From contig OZ024759.1 of assembly GCA_964016885.1 (NCBI GenBank), forward strand, positions 6,758,001-6,822,000: a stretch of DNA of 64,000 nucleotides, in the 5' to 3' direction. The position numbers and the translations under genes are program-made. The notes under the pieces were generated by a model. That model worked only from the letters and a program-made list of their open reading frames with translations, did not search any database and had not been told where the DNA came from. Source of the stretch: Eledone cirrhosa (lineage: Eukaryota). Below, one piece after another: positions 26,898-38,935 of the stretch (the first letter of the stretch is position 1; every line of letters starts with the position of its first letter).

Positions 26898-28533
26898 TAG
26901 GGCGGTGGATTGGCAGTATCGGTAGAGGGTCGGACGCCATGCTAGGGCGGTGGATTGGCAGTATCGGTAGAGGGTCGGACGCCATGCTAGGGCGGTGGAT
27001 TGGCAGTATCGGTAGAGGGTCGGACGCCATGCTAGGGCGGTGGATTGGCAGTATCGGTAGAGGGTCGGACGCCATGCTAGGGCGGTGGATTGGCAGTATC
27101 GGTAGAGGGTCGGACGCCATGCTAGGGCGGTGGATTGGCAGTATCGGTAGAGGGTCGGACGCCATGCTAGGGTGGTGGATTGGCAGTATCGGTAGAGGGT
27201 CGGACGCCATGCTAGGGTGGTGGATTGGCAGTATCGGTAGAGGGTCGGACGCCATGCTAGGGTGGTGGATTGGCAGTATCGGTAGAGGGTCGGACGCCAT
27301 GCTAGGGTGGTGGATTGGCAGTATCGGTAGAGGGTCGGACGCCATGCTAGGGTGGTGGATTGGCAGTATCGGTAGAGGGTCGGACGCCATGCTAGGGTGG
27401 TGGATTGGCAGTATCGGTAGAGGGTCGGACGCCATGCTAGGGCGGTGGATTGGCAGTATCGGTAGAGGGTCGGACGCCATGTTAGGGCGGTGGATTGGCA
27501 GTATCGGTAGAGGGTCGGACGCCATGTTAGGGCGGTGGATTGGCAGTATCGGTAGAGGGTTGGACGCCATGTTAGGGTGGTGGATTGGCAGTATCGGTAG
27601 AGGGTTGGACGCCATGCTAGGGTGGTGGATTGGCAGTATCGGTAGAGGGTCGGACGCCATGTTAGGGCGGTGGATTGGCAGTATCGGTAGAGGGTCGGAC
27701 GCCATGTTAGGGCGGTGGATTGGCAGTATCGGTAGAGGGTCGGACGCCATGCTAGGGTGGTGGATTGGCAGTATCGGTAGAGGGTCGGACGCCATGCTAG
27801 GGTGGTGGATTGGCAGTATCGGTAGAGGGTCGGACGCCATGCTAGGGCGGTGGATTGGCAGTATCGGTAGAGGGTCGGACGCCATGTTAGGGCGGTGGAT
27901 TGGCAGTATCGGTAGAGGGTCGGACGCCATGTTAGGGCGGTGGATTGGCAGTATCGGTAGAGGGTTGGACGCCATGTTAGGGTGGTGGATTGGCAGTATC
28001 GGTAGAGGGTTGGACGCCATGCTAGGGTGGTGGATTGGCAGTATCGGTAGAGGGTCGGACGCCATGTTAGGGCGGTGGATTGGCAGTATCGGTAGAGGGT
28101 CGGACGCCATGTTAGGGCGGTGGATTGGCAGTATCGGTAGAGGGTCGGACGCCATGTTAGGGCGGTGGATTGGCAGTATCGGTAGAGGGTCGGACGCCAT
28201 GTTAGGGCGGTGGATTGGCAGTATCGGTAGAGGGTCGGACGCCATGTTAGGGCGGTGGATTGGCAGTATCGGTAGAGGGTCGGACGCCATGTTAGGGCGG
28301 TGGATTGGCAGTATCGGTAGAGGGTCGGACGCCATGTTAGGGCGGTGGATTGGCAGTATCGGTAGAGGGTCGGACGCCATGCTTTGCAGCAAAGAGTTAC
28401 GGCCCTTTATGGTCTGAGTTCAAATCCCGCCGAAATTAACTTTGCCTTTCATCCTTACGGGGGTTGATGAAATAAAATACCAGTAATGCACTGGGATAAT
28501 TGCTGGCCTTGTGCCTAAAGTAGAAATAATTAT
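26898..28533 (+). mobile_element. tRNA SINE with about 33 tandem 45-bp heads
   Basis: Unit TAGGGYGGTGGATTGGCAGTATCGGTAGAGGGTYGGACGCCATGY, then a single B-box body. Confidence 0.92.
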
Positions 28534-28759
28534 TATACTCCTCCAGTGGCAACCTGGAGCAGTCTGCCACTAACCCAGGCTCTGCGGCACTTTGGGCCGA
28601 GGAGGGTAAACTCTCCAAATATCGGTCGCTCTCCGACAGGTTTGCACAGTCGAGCCCCTAGCAGTGGAGACTTCTGGTGTCCTTGGCCCTAGGGCCACCT
28701 CCCTACTCGCCACCATCAGTATGGAGTTGGCTATCAGCAGGTGGGAGCTTCGCGAATTA

Positions 28760-28945
28760 CTGGCAATATCGGAAGAGGGTCTGACGCCATGCTTTTGCAG
28801 CAAAGAGTTACGGCCCTTTATGGTCTGAGTTCAAATCCCGCCGAGGTTAACTTTGCCTTTCATCCTTACGGGGTCGGGTCGATAAAATAAAGTACCAGTA
28901 ATACACTGGAGTTATTGCTGGCCTTGTGCCTATAATTAGAAACTA
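28760..28945 (+). mobile_element. tRNA SINE
   Basis: Family match. Confidence 0.8.
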
Positions 28946-29483
28946 CTTTTATCATTTTTTTACTATAATTACAGAGAAACTGTTGTTGTTGTTGGAAGTA
29001 ATTGAGAATGGTGACTGAGGCGTCGTGGTGGAATATATTACTGGAGTAGGCGGAGGAGGTGGGGCACTGGAGTAGGCGGAGGGGGTAGGGGGCGGGAAGA
29101 TCACTTGACATTGAGTTAGGAATGTTTTTTTATAAAAATAACCCTGCTTCATTAATTAATTGGTCACCAAATACGACTGAGTTTAGCTTGACTATATTGT
29201 AGAGAGGAGGGGGAGATGGGGAGGGGGAGTGAGGAGGATGAGTGAGGGGGTGCGAGAGTGAGGGGGGAGTGAGAGAGAGAGGGGGAGAGGGGCGAGAGTG
29301 AGGGAGAGAGTGAGAGAGGGAGGGAGAGAGTGAGGGGTAGATGGGGAGAGTGAGGGGGAGTGAGTGTGAGAGAGTAAGATAGAGAGGGAGTGAAAGAATG
29401 TGAGAGAGAGATGCCCTCTGGCCAATGTTTACCTGTGTCCATGGGTATATATACATAAACATATATATATGTATGTATATATA

Positions 29484-31589
29484 GTTTTGCGAGGTTTTTT
29501 ATATGAAATCGTGTGTCGAAACAAATATTGTTATACTTGGGGAAGGGTCATATTTGTGTAATAATATTGCCAGAATTAATAACAGAGGACACTCACTGTT
29601 TGGTTGGTTTTCGCTTCTGTGTCTTTTATATCGGTTAATTTAATTTATTCGGTCCTCAATGTTTATCATTGACTGACCAACGGTCAAAAATACAGATACA
29701 ATATAGACACAAACACATATATATAGTCTATCAAAGTTCTTTCGTTGCACATCTGCAACATCGTCAGTGGTGCTATTATGTTTCCTCCCGTTGTATTGTA
29801 TGCCTACGCCATCTTTATTTAGTCTGTTTATTTATTTGTTTATTTTTTGTCTTCTCTGCGCATGCGTTTTCGTGTGTGTATAGTGTTTTGTTTGATGTGT
29901 GTTCGTGTTTGGCTGACTGTGTATTGGTTATTGTATTCTATCTTAGTTTACTAGTGTGTGTTTATATGTGGTTCTTGTTATTGTGCTTGTGTGTGTATTT
30001 ATTTATTTATTTATACTTCTCTTACTTCTTGTAAGAACAAGAGAGTACTAACAAGTTTGATTTAGAACGTAGCACAATGGAAAGCATCCAGCAGATAGCT
30101 AATTCCATACACCAGAGTATAACTGTAGCTATCGACTACCCTTCCAAACACCCTAACAATAGATTACCTGTATTAGACACGGAACTCTGGATTAACACTA
30201 TAGACGAGAGACCCCAAATTCTCCACTCACACTATGCTAAACCCATGGCCTCCAAATACCTGATACTCAAAAACTCAGCAATGTGTGATGAAGAACGTGT
30301 CCCGCATGTGCGACCCAACAGAAATGGAAAGACACATCCAACACTTCATCAACCGCATGCAGTTCTCTGGCTACAACCAAAGAGATAGAATCAGAGAATA
30401 CAAAGGAGCCACGGAGAAGTATAAGACCCTCATAGAACTGGACATGAAAGGAATTTGCCCATTATATAGGAGCAAATCATGGAATAGCTTAGATAGGACT
30501 AAACATAAGATAGAGAAAGCCACCTCATGGTACGACAACCAGAGATACCAGAGTGTCATGTTTGTGGACGCTACCCCTGGAGGGAAATTAGCTAACCAGT
30601 GTAGAAAGACTCCGAGAAATACCCACTTAAAGATTAAGGTGGTAGAAAAGCCAAAAACCACCATAAAATCCCTGATCAGCAAAACCTACCTTTTTAAGAA
30701 AACCCACTGTACTAATAGGAAATGTATTATATGTAAAGTAAACCACCGGATAAACTGTAAAACTAGAAACGTAGTCTATAGCATAAGATGTACAGAGGGT
30801 ACTTGCAGAAACATGACAACAACATACATAGGCGAGACAGCTCGTAGCATAGGTGAAAGGATAGACCAACACTGGGGGGAACTAAAAGGAGGAAAAAACG
30901 ATTCAGTACTATACAAACTTGCCAGACAACAACATGACGGTAACATAGACAACATAGAAATTAGAATAATATCTAAACATAGAAATGACCCAGCAGATAG
31001 GCAAATCAGAGAGCCAGCGAAATAGAACTCAGAAGGCCAAGGCTAAACAGAAAAAATGAATGGAATAACAACAACACCCAAACAAACAACACTGACCTAA
31101 GGCAAGTATAAATAAATAAATAAATACATACACAAGCACAATAACAACAAACACATATAAACACACACTAGTAAACTAAGATAGAATACAATAACCAATA
31201 CACAGTCACCAAAACACAAACACACATCAAACAAAACACTATACACACACGCAAACGCATGCGCAGAGAAGACAAAAAATAAACAAATAAATAAATAAAT
31301 AAACAGACTAAATAAAGATGGCGTAGGCATACAATACAACGGGAGGAAACATAATAGCACCACTGACGGTGTTGCAGATGTGCAACGAAAGAACTTTGTT
31401 AGACTATATATATGTGTTTGTGTCTATATTGTATCTGTATTTTTGACCGTTGGTCAGTCAATGGTAACATTGAGGACCGAATAAATTAAATTAACTGATA
31501 TAAAAGACACAGAAGCGAAAACCAACCAAACAGTGAGTGTGTTCTGTTATTAATTCTGGCAATATTATTACACAAATATGACCCTTCCC
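29484..31589 (+). mobile_element. PLE family P1 copy, 5'-truncated, with inverted 5' pLTR (29484-30030) and 3' pLTR (31100-31589)
   Basis: Arms are reverse complements; hammerheads at 29730-29771 (-, intact CTGACGA) and 31359-31400 (+, CTGACGG); flanked by TA-rich microsatellites. Confidence 0.92.
30032..31110 (+). pseudogene. Frameshifted P1 RT C-terminus plus GIY-YIG
   Basis: NSIHQSITV..D...LPVLDTELW...HYAKPM, frameshift near 30285, then a near-copy of ORF 12-848 with a second frameshift near 31015. Confidence 0.88.
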
Positions 31590-31633
31590 TATGTATATAT
31601 ATGTATGTGTATATATGTATGTATATATATGTT

Positions 31634-31711
<78 letters not shown>

Positions 31712-31736
31712 GGAATGTATATATATATATACATAC

Positions 31737-31770
<34 letters not shown>

Positions 31771-31776
31771 GGAATG

Positions 31777-31816
<40 letters not shown>

Positions 31817-32186
31817 TGTATACGTACATACATATATGTATACAGACGTACAGTAGTGTGTATATATACATACATGCACACATATATATATGTACTATGG
31901 ATTTACCGAACATTTATTATAATGCTCGGTGTGTTTGTAAACAAACATCCCGAATTAAGCCGTACAATGTTTAGCAACCATCGTTGCTCTTTTGTTCAAC
32001 ACTGACAAAGGAACGATGTACTAGTTTCAAGCCTATTAGCTATCGTCAGCACCGTATACCTTCCTGCCAGATGATTGAATGTCTGAAAGTATATACTTTC
32101 CTTATGCATATTAACGGCTGAGCAGTCTAATTTGCATATCGAGTGAGTTAATCGGCCGGGTGCACCGAAAACGATAAATGGAATAG

Positions 32187-32277
32187 AATGAAACGAAATT
32201 TCATTTCTCACTCTTAGTACGGCTGTTATTTAAGTAACAGCCGTCCTAAGAGTGAGAAATGAAATTTCGTTTCATTT
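32187..32277. repeat. Fold-back palindrome; one arm recurs at 51021-51060
   Basis: AATGAAACGAAATTTCATTTCTCACTCTTAG.ACGGCTGTTA and its reverse complement. Confidence 0.85.
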
Positions 32278-32282
32278 TTTCC

Positions 32283-32318
<36 letters not shown>

Positions 32319-32429
32319 AGAATTAGTATATCTACCAACATATATATACAGATGTATACCTATGCAAGGAAATATATAGGTGTTGTCTTAGTAACTTTGT
32401 GGTTCAATGCAAGGGGATGCAGAACAGTT

Positions 32430-32682
32430 ATATGAAAAACGTAAAATAAGGAAATTATAGTAATTAGCTTACTTACTTAAATTTCACTCCAACTAATTAG
32501 TTTCTGAAAGGGAATATACATGGAGATCATGGAGAAACATTTTCGTCATAAGGGAGTCATTCTCAGTTAAGATACCTGGCGATGCGTGGACACAGGGAAC
32601 TTATACAAAAATATTCAAACTAATTAGTTGGAGTGAAATTTAAGTAAGTAAGCTAATTACTATACTTTTCTTATTTTACGTT

Positions 32683-32690
<8 letters not shown>
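32430..32690. mobile_element. Fold-back element with about 75-bp arms and a possible degenerate hammerhead on -
   Basis: Arms at 32430-32502 and 32618-32690; minus strand ACTCC..ATGACGA...GAAA-CTAATTAG-TT-GGAGT. Confidence 0.55.
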
Positions 32691-32754
<64 letters not shown>

Positions 32755-32759
<5 letters not shown>

Positions 32760-33475
32760 TTCAAAATATTAACAAATGAAAAATATTCTCATTATCAAAA
32801 TATATTTTATTATATACTAGCAGCAGGACTCGGCGTTGCACGGGGTAGGAAACGTGAAATAGCAACACGCATATGCAAAGATTGAGGAATGTAGCTGTGA
32901 ACTTTTTGAATTCCCTTATTCTCAGGGAATGATTGTTCATCTACTGGAAACGTAGAACAATAACAGGCCGAATCCAATAGTAGCAGTGTCAGTGGGCTGA
33001 TTGCGGAAATCATGTATGCGAAAAGAGTAAGCGTTGTGGGGTAATGTATGTCGTAAGTCTGTTCACGAATTACGTCACGAATGGGAAACACACGTCAGTC
33101 TGAAGGAGCGACGTAGTCAATTGTTTTTTTCAGTACGTCCTCATCAGACAAAATATATGATTTGATATATGACATACCGCTAAGGTCTTGATTATACAAT
33201 TGACTGCCAATACTGGAATTGTATAATCAAGACCGTAGCGGTATGTCATATATCAAACCATATATTTTGTTTGATGAGGACGTACTGAAAAACAACACAG
33301 TACCTTTGAAATATATATAATAAAGTATATATTTTGATAATGAGAATATTTTTCATTTTATTTTGAATAATATTAAAAACTCTAGGAAAACCTTTTTTTG
33401 CTGTTGAGTGCTTCTAATTTATTGTAAAATTATATTCATTCAGTAATCAACGAAACATACTAATCTTTGGTTATA
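32755..33475. mobile_element. Fold-back element of the 12735 hammerhead family; left arm disrupted by a Helitron-like insert
   Basis: Palindrome centre near 33210; + hammerhead at 33263-33327 with core TTGATGA; the - arm keeps CTGATGA (33141-33147) but has lost GAAA. Confidence 0.75.
32817..33118 (-). mobile_element. Helitron-like 3' end fragment
   Basis: Minus strand ends CCCGTGCAACGCCGAGTCCTGCTGCTAG|T. Confidence 0.55.
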
Positions 33476-34503
33476 TATATATATACTTCCAGAATTACCC
33501 GCCGTTGCCCAGGTTACTGCTTTTCTTATTCAGATTAGTAATAATTATTTTAAAATATCTATATTTTATTAAAAAATTATCAAAATTGTAGATAATAAAA
33601 TTTAGAAATGAAAATCTGCCAATCTCGAAACACCTCAGGGTAAACAATATTGATTGTGTAATTTTTTGTTGGTGTCCAAATGAATAAATTGTTGCTACAC
33701 ACTCACACACATACACTATCACATATATAATCTAAGACACACACATACATACATTCACGCAGACACACGCATAACTTTTCACCTCATTTTTGGTCAGTTG
33801 CTACATACGTGTAGATATGTGTATTTAATAACGTACCTAACGAACGCACACTCACAGAAACATACATATTCATATACACAATGTGACAAATACATGCACT
33901 CACACACACATACACTCTCACATATATACACTCACACATATAAACTCTCACATACACTCACATACATATACTAAGACAGACACACACAGACATACATTCA
34001 CACACACCTGTCTGTCATCACATATATCTGTATGTGTAGATGTGTGTGTGTGTTTAATTGTCTGTGTGTGAAGATAATCTGTATGCAACTTACGTAGTAA
34101 CAAACTCACAAACACACACATATACAAAATGTGACGTCCTCGTGATTCACTATAGAAATGTTATTTTAGATAAAATGAAAATAAAAATTCCATGTTGACA
34201 CACTCGGGGTCTAATACGAATGTACGTATATATATATGTACATATATATATGTGTGTGTACGTATATATATACACATGTGTGTGTGTAGGCGTATATATA
34301 TAGATGTACGTATCAGAGGCGAAGGGTAACCTGGAAAGCAGGGCATGCAGTCCAATCGCCATGGCGGAAAGCGGGGCTGTGCAGCCTTACCCACCCTCCA
34401 ATTCCATCTAAATGACCTTCCCGGTCAAAGCCGCATGTAGTGTTATCTAGTGCGTGTGTGTATATATATATATATATATATACGTACATATATATATATG
34501 TAC

Positions 34504-34623
<120 letters not shown>

Positions 34624-34627
34624 ACGA

Positions 34628-34661
<34 letters not shown>

Positions 34662-34902
34662 TTATAAACTCAAACAGTCTTTTAAAATTAAATAGCTCAA
34701 AGAAAGAAGTATTTCTGAGCCGTGAAATACAAGTTAATATAAATTAATATATATGATAAACACTAATACAATCATATAAGTGTTTGTATTGTAAATGACC
34801 AAGTTAGCTAGATTGAAAAATACTAATTAGATTAATACAGTTTGCCTGTCTCGATTTAAAATAATAAATCAATAAAAACAAACCCATATTGGCAATAGCC
34901 GT

Positions 34903-35032
34903 GGTACTTGGACAAATTTAAATTTCAAAATCCAAACCTGTTCCGTAGATAAGTTTAAACTTCAAAACCCAAATAAGTTTCGATAATTGAAAAAGTGAAA
35001 AATTCCATTTTCTGTTCTCATCAGCAAGTACC
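34903..35032 (-). ncRNA. Type I hammerhead ribozyme with very long stem III
   Basis: Minus strand: GGTACTTG-CTGATGA-GA...TC-GAAA-C..long G-U-rich hairpin..G-TC-CAAGTACC. Confidence 0.8.
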
Positions 35033-35316
35033 CAGAAAATTGGTATGTTTCACCTCAAAATATTTAAAAGGACTGATCGACGCACATGCTTTTTCAGCAT
35101 CTAGCTACCCCATACTCGTGCTGCTAGAAATAACAGCCGTTTTTATGGGACTAAAATTAGCTCAACAAAAGGAGCCGTTATACTATATATATATAGAGTT
35201 ATAAACTCAAACAGTCTTTTACAATTAAATAGCTCAAAGAAAGAAGTATTTCTGAGCCGTGTAATTTAAATTTGTCCAAGTACCACGGCTATTGCCAATA
35301 TGGGTTTGTTTTTATT

Positions 35317-35501
35317 GATTGGCAGTATCGGTAGAGAGTCGGACACCATGCTTTGAAGCATAGAGTTACGTCCCTTTATGATCTGAGTTCAAATCCCGCC
35401 GAGGTTAACTTTGCCTTTCATCCTTACGGGGTCGATAAAATAAAGTACCAGTAATGTACTGGTGTAATTGCTGGCCTTGTGCCTAAACTAGAAACAATTA
35501 T
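35317..35501 (+). mobile_element. tRNA SINE
   Basis: Family match; absent from the opposite arm of the host inverted repeat. Confidence 0.88.
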
Positions 35502-35664
35502 TTTAAATCGAGACAGGCAAACTGTATTAATCTAATTAGTATTTTTCAATCTAGCTAACTTGGTCATTTACAATACAAACAATTATATGATTGTATTAGT
35601 GTTTATCATATATATTAATTTATATTAACTTGTATATATATATAGTCTTGAAATTTATTATTAT

Positions 35665-35721
<57 letters not shown>

Positions 35722-35724
<3 letters not shown>

Positions 35725-35916
35725 CGAAGTAAATGTGGTAAGGAACCAGGTGGACCATAACGCACCAAAGTACTCAATACTTGGGGTAGTAGAGTGGGTA
35801 ATAGGAACCAGTAAGACCCCGACGGCTGAGCTCAAGCCGTTTCGACGGCTAATTCTGGACTCCAGAATTAGCCGTCGAAACGGCTTGAGCTCAGCCGTCG
35901 GGGTCTTACTGGTTCC

Positions 35917-35920
<4 letters not shown>
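35722..35920 (-). mobile_element. Fold-back element of family H
   Basis: Near-identical to 12432-12620 with a slightly longer centre. Confidence 0.8.
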
Positions 35921-35979
<59 letters not shown>

Positions 35980-36139
35980 AAAAGAAATAAGAATTCGCTC
36001 CAAGCATAGCTTTATACAATATGTATAGAAATTTCGTATTTCTAAAGAAACACGGTTTTAGGAAGCCGTAGGTATGTAAACACCGGGGGGGGGGGGGGCT
36101 ATCGCCCTCTGGTGATGTCCAGCAGAAGCAAGGGGAACA

Positions 36140-36183
36140 ACCGTCAATGCATTTCAGTCTTATCTGGCCTTCGTCAGGACGAT
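36140..36183 (-). ncRNA. Minimal type I hammerhead ribozyme (opposite arm)
   Basis: ATCGTC-CTGACGA-AG-gccagataaga-CT-GAAA-TGCA-TT-GACGGT. Confidence 0.75.
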
Positions 36184-36220
36184 CTTCAAGTCCAGCAGTA
36201 GCAGGCGATGGGTGGGAGGG

Positions 36221-36264
36221 ATCGTCCTGACGAAGGCCAGTTAAACCTGAAATGCATAGACGGT
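36221..36264 (+). ncRNA. Minimal type I hammerhead ribozyme
   Basis: ATCGTC-CTGACGA-AGG-ccagttaaa-CCT-GAAA-TGCA-TA-GACGGT. Confidence 0.88.
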
Positions 36265-36448
36265 TGTCCCCCTTGCTTCTGCTGGACATCACAAGAGGGC
36301 GTTAGCCCCCCCCCCCCGCCCCGGTGTTTACATACCTACGGCTTCCTAAAACCGTGTTTCTTTAGAAATACAAAATTTCTATACATATTGTATAAAGCTA
36401 TGCTTGGAGCGAATTCTTATTTCTTTTCTTATATATATATATATATTC

Positions 36449-36530
<82 letters not shown>

Positions 36531-36591
36531 GTACATATATATATGTATATGTACGTATATATATATATATATATGTACGTATATATATATA

Positions 36592-36835
36592 TCCCAGTAC
36601 AACCTGTCCCATGGTCGGGTCGTTGGCGACTAAACTGGCAACCCTACCAAGGTTTCTTGGTGAGGAGGGTGACTTTGGACATCCTGCAGGACTAAAAGCA
36701 AAACCTGTCAAAGGGCAAAGGAGCTCTTAAGAGTCAATGGCCATCCAAAATCACCGGGAGAGATGATCCCTTAGCCTTTGTCAAGGCAGAATTCTAGGAG
36801 AAGGAAAACTCTGATATAACACCTGCAACTCTGAT
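36592..36835 (+). mobile_element. Probable RTE-type LINE 5' UTR fragment
   Basis: GGCA..TCTAGGAGAAGGAAAACTCTGA..AACACCTG motif recalled from RTE 5' UTRs. Confidence 0.4.
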
Positions 36836-37174
36836 GGTATCCAATGATGTTGACTTGTTCTTCTTTTTGGTAAATATCATCTTGGTTAAGAGAGTGGGAC
36901 TGGCTTTGTGCAGTGCCTTTGCTCACCATAAAAGCTTCACGGCACAGGCATTGCTTTATATCTGGAGATCTCTCTGCACTTGTCGTCACATGGTACCATG
37001 GGCCCAGCACTATGTGTCAATAATTGTCACAAGTTTAGTGTTTGTACCAGAGTTTTCAAGTCGCTGGCTGGACTAAAAAGTCACACTCGTTCAGCGCATC
37101 GGTAGGGGTTCTCCTACATGGATATAAAGTAGTGGCCGTACTCGAAAACAAGTTGGCAGCGACCATATATATGC

Positions 37175-37221
<47 letters not shown>

Positions 37222-37225
<4 letters not shown>

Positions 37226-37342
37226 AACCAGTAAGACCCCGACAGCTGAGCTCAAGCCGTTTCGACGGCTTACTGGTTCCTATTACTCATTCTACTACCT
37301 CAAGTATTGAGTACTTTGGTGCGTTATGGTCCACCTGGTTCC
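37222..37342 (+). mobile_element. Family H element with an inverted short arm and a deleted centre
   Basis: TAGGAACCAGTAAG...CGACGG joined to CTTACTGGTTCCTATTAC...CCTTCGTTA. Confidence 0.75.
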
Positions 37343-37391
37343 TTACCACATTTCCTTCGTTATATATATATATATATATATATATATACGT

Positions 37392-37800
37392 ATAATTGTT
37401 TCTACTTTAGGCACAAGGCCAGCAATTACCCAGTACATTACTGGTACTTTATTTTATCGACCCCGTAAGGATGAAAGGAAAAGTTAACCTCGGCGGGTTT
37501 TGAACTCAGACCATAAAGGGCCGTAACTCTTTGCTGCAAAGCATGGCGTCCAACCCTCTACCGATACTGCCAATACACCGCCCTAACATGGCGTCCAACC
37601 CTCTACCGATACTGCCAATACACCGCCCTAACATGGCGTCCAACCCTCTACCGATACTGCCAATACACCGCCCTAACATGGCGTCCAACCCTCTACCGAT
37701 ACTGCCAATACACCGCCCTAACATGGCGTCCAACCCTCTACCGATACTGCCAATACACCGCCCTAACATGGCGTCCGACCCTCTGCCGATACTGTCAATC
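37392..37800 (-). mobile_element. tRNA SINE with about 6 tandem heads
   Basis: 45-bp units with locus-specific variants (TGTATTGG, GGGTTGG). Confidence 0.9.
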
Positions 37801-38061
37801 CAAGGAGTTGACGGACCCAGCATATTTATCAATGCCAATAGGTAATGTAGGATACATTCCCAGAGTATTCACATAGTTATTCGCTTCAATACAATGTGTG
37901 TGTATGTGTGCGTGCGTGTGTGTGTGTGCGGGCGTGCAAAGGTGAATAATGTAGGCATTCACCGTAAAATTGGTGGTGATGGTGGTAGGTAAAGGAAAGA
38001 ATAGGAGCCGATCAAATCGGACCACGGAGACAATGTTTCCATTGGTCTTCACTTCAGAAAT

Positions 38062-38812
38062 ATGTATTTATGTTCTCTTTCTTTTAATTTCGAGTACATT
38101 TGTTTTTAATTTTGTTTTCCTAAGTGTGTTCCAGATGGTTCTAGCTATCCCATCGTGTCTCATGGGGAGGTAGTAGCGAGACGACATTCTTTCGCAGTTG
38201 ACAACAATGAGGCTAACATCTTCGATCTTTCTTTTACCTAGCCTACATTTATTGTCGACTGATGGCCCTCCTCTTTTGTAGTAGCAGATATTTGGTAGGG
38301 ATTTCTTGTTCCAGTATTGCATAGTGATATTCTTCAATGTGGGATGTCATAAATATGTCGGAACTCCATGCCAGGCTTTTTGAATGATTTATCCCCTCTA
38401 TGGTCTGCCTTTTTCATCTCAGCTACCCATGCACAACTTTCTTTGTGAATTGATCAATTTTTTAACCTTGTTCGAACATTGAATAGGATCTTCCAATTTC
38501 CCTGGTAGAGAGATTTATATCAGGCCTTATTCCATAACTCTCCCCCAGATCAGAGGCTATCCTAATGATATTATTTCTTTCATGCTCGGTAGGGATCTGA
38601 CGCCATGCTTTATAGCAAAGAGTTACGGCCCTTTATGGTCTGAGTTCAAATCCCGCCGAGGTTAACTTTGCCTTTCATCCTTACGAGGTCGATAAAATAA
38701 AGCACCAGTAATACACTGGGATAATTGCTGGCCTTGTGCCAAAGTAGAAACAATTATTTCTTTCATGCTCATAAACCTGGGCAAGATGGTTGCCAACCTT
38801 TTTCCTCTGTTG
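38062..38812 (-). mobile_element. Degenerate fragment of RLE LINE family A, interrupted by a SINE
   Basis: DNKCRLGKRKIEDVSLIVVNCERMSSRYYLPMRHD; matches 42850-43380. Confidence 0.85.
38588..38752 (+). mobile_element. 5'-truncated tRNA SINE with an 18-bp TSD
   Basis: ATTATTTCTTTCATGCTC at 38570-38587 and 38753-38770. Confidence 0.9.
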
Positions 38813-38935
38813 ACCCGGATATATATATGTACGTTCAGCGCATCGGTAGGAGTTCTCCTACATGGATATAAAGTAGTGGCCGTACTCGAAAACGAGTTGG
38901 CAGCCACCATGTGTGTATCTATGTATGTATGTATG

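Larger units (their letters stand above)
34658..35635. mobile_element. Hammerhead-bearing element with A-B...A-B(inverted) architecture
   Basis: 34658-34725 is repeated directly at 35196-35261; 34727-34924 is inverted at 35264-35633 with a SINE inserted. Confidence 0.75.
35976..36431. mobile_element. Fold-back element with about 210-bp arms and divergent hammerheads
   Basis: Arms at 35976-36185 and 36219-36431; (TA)n on both sides. Confidence 0.88.

Noticed and set aside
26881-28417. 492/503-aa ORFs of 15-aa repeats (also 25730-26650 and 37506-37845)
   Set aside because: Translation of the 45-bp SINE-head array; it is open only because the unit length is a multiple of 3 with no stop in those frames
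29500-29545. Second antisense hammerhead in the P1 terminal extension (GTCGAAACAAATATTGTTA)
   Set aside because: No CUGANGA core, and the pairing is not preserved in the related copy near 9490
36592-36650. HDV-like ribozyme at a putative RTE 5' end (CCAGT...GGCGACTAAACTGG); also pseudoknot-like pairing at 28538-28580
   Set aside because: P2 and CUAA-like parts are visible, but P1, P3 and P1.1 could not be assigned consistently by eye; this needs a descriptor search
36860-37075. Possible Tc1 transposase N-terminal remnant on - (VTTSAE)
   Set aside because: Too degenerate to support
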